In this document: in pieces, positions 26,362-34,056 of the stretch
Position numbering within the stretch: position 1 is the stretch's first letter
Layout of the letters: each line of letters starts with the position of its first letter
Source of the DNA: Vectrevirus LI10P3
Sequence record: OZ035807.1
DNA: 44,534 nucleotides
Strand: one strand, 5' to 3'
Translations under genes and position numbers: made by a program
The notes under the pieces: model-generated
Database searches by the model: none
What the model was told of the DNA's origin: nothing
The model's input: only the letters and a program-made list of their open reading frames with translations

Positions 26362-26442
26362 GGCTAGGTAAGACTTTATCGGCTGGCGTATCCAAATGAT
26401 ATTGCACTAGCCCTTGATTGTATAGTGAATGGAGGATTCAAT

Positions 26443-26946
26443 ATGTCACACTATGAATGTAAGAAGTGTCATAAGCGTTATGATTACTGTACTTGTGGTC
26501 AAGAGAAAACATCTTTTAAAGTTGGAGACAAGGTATTTCGTAATGAAAAAGATTCGATTCCTTGGAATCAATACTGCAAAGAAGCTGGTATTGACCCTGA
26601 TAGCCCTGTAACCATAGATGATATTGATGGCATTAACTTGTGCTTTCGTGAGGTGAGAGGTACAGGTTGGGATTCCAAAAAATTCAAACTTGCATCTGAT
26701 AAGTTAGACAACAATATGGTAACTCAGCCTAAGCACTACGAGTTCTTTGATGGTGTAGAGGCAATCACTATCATTGCCCGCAGTATGACTGAAAAGCAAT
26801 TCGCTGGGTACTGCATGGGTAATGCCCTTAAGTATCGCCTGCGTGCAGGTAAGAAGTTCAATACTGAAGAAGACTTGAAGAAGGCAGACTATTATAAAGA
26901 GTTATTCCAGAAGCATCGTCACGAATGTATTGATGAGGATATTTAA
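26443..26946 (+). CDS. hypothetical protein, DUF3310-like
   Basis: 167 aa from ATG 26443 (GGAGGA RBS); N-terminal Cys-rich CKKCHKRYDYCTCG; KHYEFFDGVEAITII...GNALKYRLRAGKK resembles the phage DUF3310 family as I recall it. Confidence 0.5.
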   Translation: MSHYECKKCHKRYDYCTCGQEKTSFKVGDKVFRNEKDSIPWNQYCKEAGIDPDSPVTIDDIDGINLCFREVRGTGWDSKKFKLASDKLDNNMVTQPKHYEFFDGVEAITIIARSMTEKQFAGYCMGNALKYRLRAGKKFNTEEDLKKADYYKELFQKHRHECIDEDI

Positions 26947-26947
26947 T

Positions 26948-27121
26948 ATGGAAGGTAAACTGTATAGAGGGTACTTCGGTAACTTATATAAAGTAAGCTC
27001 TCGCGGTTTTGTATTGACCTCTGATGATGAAGGTGCAATGTGGCACCTAAGTGCACATGGTTCTAACTTAGCATACTTTAAAGAGGCAATAGTCAAAGGT
27101 GTGATGAAGGAGGTGAAATGA
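26948..27121 (+). CDS. hypothetical small protein
   Basis: 57 aa, stop overlaps ligase start. Confidence 0.35.
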   Translation: MEGKLYRGYFGNLYKVSSRGFVLTSDDEGAMWHLSAHGSNLAYFKEAIVKGVMKEVK

Positions 27122-28065
27122 ACATCTTCCAATTCCTAGGTCTTCCAGAAGACCACCGCAATCATCCATTCATGCTGGTGAAGCATCGCGGTGAAGTTCC
27201 TGAGAAGAAACTTACTTTTCCATGTTATGCACAGGTGAAACGAGATGGAATATTCAGTGCTGTTGTGGTGCGTAATGATGGTGCTGTTGCCATCTTTGGT
27301 CGTACTGGTAAGAAGCTCGCAAATGTTGAATCCTTGGAAAAGACGTTTAGTGTATTTCCTGTCGGGTTGTATCTTGGTGAGTTGCAATCTATGGCTGTTG
27401 ATGTTTATCTTGAAGCTCTGTCAGGAGTGGTAAACCCTAATCGTACCGAGCCACTTGATTTCATAGGCCAGCAGATTAAAGACAACCTGTATATCGACTT
27501 CTTCGATATGTTAACCATTAAGGCATTCCATGATGGATTCACTGATGTTTCTTATCTCAAACGTTACGATGCTTTACATCGCCGCATCGGCGCTCATCTT
27601 AGCGGGTACAACGCTATCCTTCCTATTACTCCTTGCCATAATGAGCGAGAAGTTGAAGCGTTTGCGCAAGAGCAAATAGATGCAGGCCGAGAGGGTGCTG
27701 TGTTTAAACTTGACGTGGAGTATGAAAGTGGGCACAAGGGCTATCGTCAAACGAAGATCGTTCGTATGGTATCTTACGACCTCACCTGTATTGGGTGGGA
27801 GGAAGGAAAAGGTAAGTATAAAGGTAAAGTAGCTAATTTAATCTTTAAATGGAAAGGTGGTAAGTCCGTTAAGGCTATGCTGGGGCGTGGCTGGTCACAT
27901 GAGGATGCAGCACAGATGTATCACGATATTAAACACGGTGGCGAACTAAACGTCATTGGGAAAATCTTCGCTGTTAAGGCGTTACAGGAATCTAGTAAGG
28001 GAGTCCTGAGACTTCCCAAGGTTTCTGAACTTAGGTTTGATAAGGAAGTCCCTGATGTCTTCTAA
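27118..28065 (+). CDS. ATP-dependent DNA ligase
   Basis: 315 aa; adenylation motif KRDG (AQVKRDGIFSAVV); RBS GGAGGTG. Confidence 0.75.
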   Translation: MNIFQFLGLPEDHRNHPFMLVKHRGEVPEKKLTFPCYAQVKRDGIFSAVVVRNDGAVAIFGRTGKKLANVESLEKTFSVFPVGLYLGELQSMAVDVYLEALSGVVNPNRTEPLDFIGQQIKDNLYIDFFDMLTIKAFHDGFTDVSYLKRYDALHRRIGAHLSGYNAILPITPCHNEREVEAFAQEQIDAGREGAVFKLDVEYESGHKGYRQTKIVRMVSYDLTCIGWEEGKGKYKGKVANLIFKWKGGKSVKAMLGRGWSHEDAAQMYHDIKHGGELNVIGKIFAVKALQESSKGVLRLPKVSELRFDKEVPDVF

Positions 28066-28540
28066 TCCAAATTACCGAAAACCACCTCGTACACCGCCAA
28101 GACCACTTGCCTACTGTCCTTTTACTGGAAAGCTTTTCCGTAAGTTCAAAGATGGCTGGAGAGAAACAGGACTTAGCAGAAAGAGTGATGGATATTTACA
28201 GTGTAAAGTCGATGGTAAGACTGTAAGTGTTCATGTTTTAGCAATGAATATGATGGGTTATGACACTACCGGCTTTACAGTAGATCACATAAATCATATA
28301 CGCTGGGATAATAGGTTTATTAATCTACGTCTATTATCTCATAAAGATAATTGTTTAAATAGAGAGGCGATACATATAAGTAAGCTGCCGAGTGGTAACT
28401 ACAGAGCGCGATGTGGAAATGTTCATCTTGGCGTATTTGAGGATAAGTTACTTGCTCGTGGTGCTATCCTATGGTATCGCCATAGGAGATTTAATAATGT
28501 TAAATTCAATGAAGGCAACGCGTGCCGTAGAAGTAGCTGA
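28055..28540 (+). CDS. HNH homing endonuclease
   Basis: 161 aa from ATG 28055; motif VDHINHIRWDNRFINLRLLSHKDNCLN; overlaps ligase 3' end. Confidence 0.65.
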   Translation: MSSNPNYRKPPRTPPRPLAYCPFTGKLFRKFKDGWRETGLSRKSDGYLQCKVDGKTVSVHVLAMNMMGYDTTGFTVDHINHIRWDNRFINLRLLSHKDNCLNREAIHISKLPSGNYRARCGNVHLGVFEDKLLARGAILWYRHRRFNNVKFNEGNACRRSS

Positions 28541-28691
28541 AGCTATATTTGAAACTTTATCCTGTGGCATGGAAGTGCCATATACTTTACTTGCTGATGC
28601 AGAAGAACTTGGTCTTTCTGTAGAAGCTATCCAAGAGAAGGTTGACGAATTATATGGTACAGACGAAGAAGAAACCGACGATTTCATTTGA
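28497..28691 (+). CDS. hypothetical small acidic protein
   Basis: 64 aa from ATG 28497 with AGGAGA RBS; C-terminus TDEEETDDFI. Confidence 0.45.
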   Translation: MLNSMKATRAVEVAEAIFETLSCGMEVPYTLLADAEELGLSVEAIQEKVDELYGTDEEETDDFI

Positions 28692-28695
28692 AGGA

Positions 28696-28824
28696 ATGGA
28701 GATGCTTGAGATGATTCTCAAGCCTTCTTCTCCGAAGGTGACTAAGACTCATGAAGAGTTAATCGTTGATGAAGTGAAGCGTTACATCATGGATTGTGTC
28801 AGAGCACAACTGGTGGTCCAATGA
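28696..28824 (+). CDS. hypothetical small protein
   Basis: 42 aa; stop overlaps GNAT start (ATGA). Confidence 0.3.
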   Translation: MEMLEMILKPSSPKVTKTHEELIVDEVKRYIMDCVRAQLVVQ

Positions 28825-29282
28825 TACGTCCAGCTTCCTTCCTAGATATTCCTGAGATTATAAACCTTGGGAATAAATATGTGGAAGAGGAAGTCAAGGT
28901 AGTGGCCCATCACTCAGCATCATGGAATGCAGAACAAAGCGCACATAACCTTTGCGCATCTCTTAGTAGAGAAGATTTATTCCTATGGGTTGCTGTAGAT
29001 GAAGGGCGGATTGTAGGGTTCCTGTGGGCTGGCTATCACGAGTTGGCCCCTTGGACACCTGTAAGGGTTGCCTCTGACATTCTCTTTTATATTATACCAG
29101 AGAAGCGAGGAACCCTACTTGGTATGCGTCTCATCAAAGCCCTAAAGCAATGGGCTAGTGATAATGAATGCTCTGAGGTTCGCCTGTCTATCGCCTCTGG
29201 TATCAATGAAGAACGTGTCGGACGTATGTATAAGCGACTTGGCTTTGAACCGTTTGGCACTGTGTATAACCTGAAGTTCTAA
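28821..29282 (+). CDS. GNAT-family N-acetyltransferase
   Basis: 153 aa; RIVGFLWAGY and EKRGTLLGMRLIKALKQWA resemble GNAT acetyl-CoA-binding motifs; ends ...YKRLGFEPFG. Confidence 0.6.
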   Translation: MIRPASFLDIPEIINLGNKYVEEEVKVVAHHSASWNAEQSAHNLCASLSREDLFLWVAVDEGRIVGFLWAGYHELAPWTPVRVASDILFYIIPEKRGTLLGMRLIKALKQWASDNECSEVRLSIASGINEERVGRMYKRLGFEPFGTVYNLKF

Positions 29283-29291
29283 GGAGATAAC

Positions 29292-29501
29292 ATGGGTGTT
29301 GTAAAGAAAGCATTTAAGGCTATCGGTCTTGCTCAAGATGCACCACGTATTGAAGCGAAAGTGCCAGCACAGCAGCTTGAGCGTAAGCCAGAGACTGAAG
29401 CTGAAGATATTCAGATTGGTGCAGGAGATGATGATGCTACTGCATCTGCAAAAGGCAAGCGTGGCCTTGTCCGTCCGGTAGCTTCTAGCTTGAAGGTGTA
29501 A
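29292..29501 (+). CDS. hypothetical small protein upstream of portal
   Basis: 69 aa, RBS AAGGAGA. Confidence 0.5.
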   Translation: MGVVKKAFKAIGLAQDAPRIEAKVPAQQLERKPETEAEDIQIGAGDDDATASAKGKRGLVRPVASSLKV

Positions 29502-29502
29502 T

Positions 29503-31053
29503 ATGAAACAGAGCACAGATTTGGAGTATGGAGGTAAGCGGTCTAAGATACCTAAGCTATGGGAGAAATTCTCCACTAAACGTAGCTCTTTCCTTGATAG
29601 GGCGAAGCATTACTCCAAATTAACCTTGCCCTATCTGATGAATGACAAAGGTGATAACGAGACTTCGCAGAATGGATGGCAAGGTGTAGGTGCTCAGGCA
29701 ACCAACCATCTAGCCAACAAGCTAGCGCAAGTACTATTCCCTGCACAGCGTTCCTTCTTCCGTGTAGACTTAACTGCACAAGGTGAGAAGGTTCTTAATC
29801 AGCGTGGCCTGAAGAAGACAGAGCTAGCTACCATCTTTGCTCAAGTGGAAACACGGGCAATGAAAGAGTTAGAGCAACGTCAATTCCGGCCTGCTGTAGT
29901 AGAAGCATTTAAGCATCTTATTGTTGCTGGCAGCTGTATGCTATACAAGCCGAGCAAAGGTGCAATCAGTGCTATCCCAATGCATCACTACGTAGTTAAC
30001 CGTGATACCAATGGCGACCTGTTAGACATTATCTTGCTACAAGAGAAAGCCTTACGTACCTTTGACCCAGCTACACGTGCTGTAGTAGAGGTTGGCCTGA
30101 AAGGTAAGAAGTGCAAAGAAGATGACAGCGTTAAGCTGTACACACATGCTAAGTATCTTGGTGATGGATTTTGGGAACTCAAGCAATCTGCTGATGATAT
30201 CCCTGTGGGTAAGGTGAGTAAAATCAAATCAGAAAAGCTACCTTTCATCCCATTAACTTGGAAGCGAAGCTATGGTGAGGATTGGGGTCGCCCTCTTGCA
30301 GAGGATTACTCCGGTGATTTATTCGTTATCCAATTCTTATCTGAAGCGGTTGCCCGTGGTGCTGCGCTGATGGCAGATATCAAGTACCTGATTCGTCCGG
30401 GTGCTCAAACTGATGTTGACCACTTTGTTAACTCTGGCACTGGTGAGGTTATCACTGGTGTAGAAGAAGACATCCATATTGTACAGCTAGGTAAGTATGC
30501 AGACCTCACACCTATTAGCGCGGTTCTAGAGGTATACACTCGCCGTATCGGTGTTGTCTTCATGATGGAGACAATGACACGCCGTGACGCCGAACGTGTT
30601 ACTGCTGTAGAAATCCAGCGAGATGCGTTAGAGATTGAGCAGAACATGGGTGGTGTATACTCCCTCTTTGCTACCACTATGCAATCGCCAGTAGCGATGT
30701 GGGGTCTGCTGGAGGCGGGGGAGTCCTTCACTAGTGACCTAGTGGATCCTGTGATTATCACAGGTATTGAAGCTTTAGGACGCATGGCTGAGTTGGATAA
30801 ACTGGCTAACTTTGCTCAGTATATGTCACTGCCATTACAATGGCCTGAGCCTGTCCTAGCTGCTGTGAAATGGCCTGACTATATGGATTGGGTGCGTGGT
30901 CAAATCTCTGCTGAACTGCCGTTCCTTAAATCGGCTGAAGAGATAGCACAAGAACAGGAAGCACAGATGCAAGCACAGCAAGCACAGATGCTTGAAGAAG
31001 GTGTGGCTAAGGCCGTGCCGGGTGTAATTCAACAAGAACTTAAGGAGGCGTAA
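29503..31053 (+). CDS. portal / head-tail connector protein (T7 gp8-like)
   Basis: 516 aa directly upstream of scaffold and capsid; size and synteny. Confidence 0.8.
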   Translation: MKQSTDLEYGGKRSKIPKLWEKFSTKRSSFLDRAKHYSKLTLPYLMNDKGDNETSQNGWQGVGAQATNHLANKLAQVLFPAQRSFFRVDLTAQGEKVLNQRGLKKTELATIFAQVETRAMKELEQRQFRPAVVEAFKHLIVAGSCMLYKPSKGAISAIPMHHYVVNRDTNGDLLDIILLQEKALRTFDPATRAVVEVGLKGKKCKEDDSVKLYTHAKYLGDGFWELKQSADDIPVGKVSKIKSEKLPFIPLTWKRSYGEDWGRPLAEDYSGDLFVIQFLSEAVARGAALMADIKYLIRPGAQTDVDHFVNSGTGEVITGVEEDIHIVQLGKYADLTPISAVLEVYTRRIGVVFMMETMTRRDAERVTAVEIQRDALEIEQNMGGVYSLFATTMQSPVAMWGLLEAGESFTSDLVDPVIITGIEALGRMAELDKLANFAQYMSLPLQWPEPVLAAVKWPDYMDWVRGQISAELPFLKSAEEIAQEQEAQMQAQQAQMLEEGVAKAVPGVIQQELKEA

Positions 31054-31973
31054 TGTCTTTCTCATTTACTGAACCGTCAACCACTCACCCTACTGCTGAA
31101 GAGGGTCCGGTAGAAACCAAGGAGGTAACAACTGATGCTGCTACTACTGATGCTACTGCTGACGCTGGCACTGCTGTACAAGATGACAATGCTGGTGCAC
31201 AACCTACTGAAGACACCGGAGGAGAGGCTTCTGGACAGCCTTCAGAAAAAGGAGACAATGGCGGAGAGAATGGTGAATCTAAGCCAGATGATACCGCGAC
31301 CGACACTGAGGAAGTGCAATACTTCTTCGGAGAACATGAAGTAACAATAGACATCCCACAGGATGTAACTGACAGCCTTAAAGAGAAAGGCATTGATGCC
31401 AAGCAGGTTGCCAAGGAACTCTATTCCAAAGGTGGCAAGTTTGAACTGTCAGATGCAACCAAGCAGAAATTGTATGATGCTTTTGGCAAGTTTGCGGTAG
31501 ATGCTTACCTGTCAGGTCTTAAGGCTCAAAATGAAGCCTTCTTCCTGAAAGAAGCCAACGCAGCTAAAGAGTTGGAAGCAGCTAACACCCAACGCTTCTC
31601 TGATGTTTCTAAGGAAATTGGTGGCGAAGAAGGTTGGTCCCGTCTTGAGGAGTGGGCGCTTGAAACGCTATCCGATGACGAACTCACGGCATTCAATGCT
31701 GTGATGGAGTCTGGCAACCAGTACCTCCAGCAGTACGCTGTGCGTGAACTGGAGAGCCGCCGTAAGACTGCACAGGGTGATGATAGGCCATCCCTGATTG
31801 AGCCATCAGCACCTGCTAAGGCTAATGAAGAGAATGGCCCACTGACGCGAGATCAGTACGTTCAAGCAATCGCAACTCTTAGCCAGAAGTACGGCAATGA
31901 CCGTAAAGCTATGGCAGAAGCTCAGGCTAAACTGGACGCCCGTCGCCGTGCTGGCATGGCTCGCGGTATCTAA
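31053..31973 (+). CDS. scaffolding protein (T7 gp9-like)
   Basis: 306 aa, acidic low-complexity N-terminus; between portal and capsid. Confidence 0.7.
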   Translation: MSFSFTEPSTTHPTAEEGPVETKEVTTDAATTDATADAGTAVQDDNAGAQPTEDTGGEASGQPSEKGDNGGENGESKPDDTATDTEEVQYFFGEHEVTIDIPQDVTDSLKEKGIDAKQVAKELYSKGGKFELSDATKQKLYDAFGKFAVDAYLSGLKAQNEAFFLKEANAAKELEAANTQRFSDVSKEIGGEEGWSRLEEWALETLSDDELTAFNAVMESGNQYLQQYAVRELESRRKTAQGDDRPSLIEPSAPAKANEENGPLTRDQYVQAIATLSQKYGNDRKAMAEAQAKLDARRRAGMARGI

Positions 31974-31977
31974 TTCA

Positions 31978-32004
31978 GTATTTACTGGACACTATAGAAG
32001 GGAG
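31978..32004 (+). promoter_or_regulatory. phage RNAP promoter upstream of capsid gene
   Basis: GTATTTACTGGACACTATAGAAGGGAG. Confidence 0.75.
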
Positions 32005-32052
32005 AAAAGTTCTCCCTAGTTATCAATTTGATTTATAAGGAGATTATAATAC

Positions 32053-33264
32053 ATGTCTACACCGAATACTCTGACTAACGTTGCTGTATCTGCATCCGGT
32101 GAGGTTGACAGCCTTCTCATTGAGAAGTTTAATGGTAAGGTCAATGAGCAGTACCTGAAAGGTGAGAACATTCTGTCCTACTTTGATGTACAAACTGTTA
32201 CTGGCACTAACACAGTGAGCAACAAATATTTGGGCGAAACTGAGTTGCAGGTGCTAGCACCGGGTCAGTCTCCTAATGCCACCCCTACTCAGGCGGATAA
32301 AAACCAGTTGGTAATTGATACCACTGTCATTGCTCGTAACACTGTGGCTCACATCCACGATGTACAAGGTGACATCGATAGCCTGAAACCAAAATTGGCT
32401 ATGAACCAAGCCAAGCAACTGAAACGTCTGGAAGACCAGATGGCAATTCAGCAGATGCTGTTAGGCGGTATTGCTAACACCAAGGCCAAACGTAACAAGC
32501 CGCGTGTTAAAGGGCATGGCTTCTCTATCAACGTTAACGTAACTGAGAGTGAAGCACTGGCTAACCCTCAGTATGTTATGGCTGCGGTAGAGTATGCTCT
32601 GGAGCAACAGCTTGAGCAGGAAGTGGACATCTCTGATGTAGCTATCATGATGCCGTGGAAGTTCTTCAATGCTCTGCGTGATGCAGACCGAATTGTAGAT
32701 AAGACTTACACTATCAGCCAGTCTGGTGCAACCGTTAATGGCTTCGTTCTCTCTTCTTATAACTGCCCTGTGATTCCGTCTAACCGATTCCCTACCTTCG
32801 CTCAGAATCAGGCTCACCACCTGTTGTCTAATGAAGATAATGGCTATCGTTATGACCCTATCGCAGAGATGAATGGTGCAGTTGCTGTTCTGTTCACTGC
32901 CGACGCACTGCTGGTGGGTCGTACCATTGAAGTGACTGGTGACATCTTCTATGAGAAGAAAGAGAAGACTTATTACATTGACACCTTCATGGCTGAGGGT
33001 GCAATCCCTGACCGTTGGGAAGCAGTGTCTGTAGTTACCACTAAACGTAATGCAACTACTGGTGCTGCTGAAGGTTCTGGTGGTGATGATCACGCAACCG
33101 TACTGGCTCGTGCACAGCGTAAGGCTGTATATGTCAAAACCGAAGGTGCTGCGGCTGCATTCTCTTCTACCCCAGCAGGTATCCAAGCGGAAGACCTTGT
33201 AGCGGCGGTACGTGCTGTAATGGCAAATGACATCAAGCCGACTGCAATGAAACCTGCTGAGTAA
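32053..33264 (+). CDS. major capsid protein
   Basis: 403 aa; highly biased codon usage; strong promoter upstream and terminator downstream, as for T7 gene 10. Confidence 0.85.
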   Translation: MSTPNTLTNVAVSASGEVDSLLIEKFNGKVNEQYLKGENILSYFDVQTVTGTNTVSNKYLGETELQVLAPGQSPNATPTQADKNQLVIDTTVIARNTVAHIHDVQGDIDSLKPKLAMNQAKQLKRLEDQMAIQQMLLGGIANTKAKRNKPRVKGHGFSINVNVTESEALANPQYVMAAVEYALEQQLEQEVDISDVAIMMPWKFFNALRDADRIVDKTYTISQSGATVNGFVLSSYNCPVIPSNRFPTFAQNQAHHLLSNEDNGYRYDPIAEMNGAVAVLFTADALLVGRTIEVTGDIFYEKKEKTYYIDTFMAEGAIPDRWEAVSVVTTKRNATTGAAEGSGGDDHATVLARAQRKAVYVKTEGAAAAFSSTPAGIQAEDLVAAVRAVMANDIKPTAMKPAE

Positions 33265-33271
33265 TACCTAT

Positions 33272-33306
33272 GCCCTATCTACCTTGCGTAGGTAGGGTTC
33301 TTTTTG
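33272..33306 (+). terminator. late terminator hairpin after capsid gene
   Basis: GCCCTATCTACC-TTGCG-TAGGTAGGG stem-loop followed by TTCTTTTTGTT. Confidence 0.6.
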
Positions 33307-33318
33307 TTAGGAGGATTC

Positions 33319-34056
33319 ATGCCTGTTATTAAACAACAAAGTTACACTGGCTATACTGTCTCAGATGTAGCCTTTCAAGTGATTGATAGTAAGCTGGAGG
33401 CTGTTAACCTTTGTATGCGAGCCATTGGTCGTGAGGGTGTGGATTCTCTCGACTCAGGCGACCTTGATGCTGAAGATGCTAGCAAAATGATTGATATCGT
33501 CTCCCAACGTTTCCAATACAACAAAGGCGGTGGCTGGTGGTTCAATCGTGAACCTAACTGGCAGCTTGCACCAGACACGAACGGTGAGATTAACTTGCCT
33601 AATAACTGCCTAGCTGTATTGCAGTGCTACGCATTGGGTGAGAAGAAAGTGCCTATGACTATGCGTGCAGGTAAGCTCTACTCTACTTGGAGTCACACCT
33701 TTGATATGCGTAAGCATGTTAATGCTAATGGTATGATTCGTCTTACCTTACTCACCTTACTACCCTACGAGCATTTACCTACAAGTGTAATGCAGGCTAT
33801 TGCCTATCAAGCTGCTGTAGAGTTTATTGTGTCTAAGGATGCAGATCAGACTAAGCTAGCCACTGCGCAGCAGATAGCCACTCAGCTTCTTATGGATGTA
33901 CAATCTGAGCAAATGTCACAGAAGCGATTAAACATGCTGGTACATAACCCCACTCAGCGTCAGTTTGGTATCATGGCTGGTGGCTCTCAGAATGTACCTG
34001 CTTACTCTCATTCACCTTATGAGAGTTGGGCGCTCCGTCCGTGGGAGGATCGTTAA
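33319..34056 (+). CDS. tail tubular protein A (T7 gp11-like)
   Basis: 245 aa from ATG 33319 with AGGAGGA RBS; position after capsid. Confidence 0.7.
   Translation: MPVIKQQSYTGYTVSDVAFQVIDSKLEAVNLCMRAIGREGVDSLDSGDLDAEDASKMIDIVSQRFQYNKGGGWWFNREPNWQLAPDTNGEINLPNNCLAVLQCYALGEKKVPMTMRAGKLYSTWSHTFDMRKHVNANGMIRLTLLTLLPYEHLPTSVMQAIAYQAAVEFIVSKDADQTKLATAQQIATQLLMDVQSEQMSQKRLNMLVHNPTQRQFGIMAGGSQNVPAYSHSPYESWALRPWEDR

Noticed and set aside
32461-33186. Minus-strand ORF 32461..33186 (241 aa) antisense to the capsid gene
   Set aside because: Capsid gene is strongly supported by codon bias, promoter and terminator; the antisense ORF has no signals.
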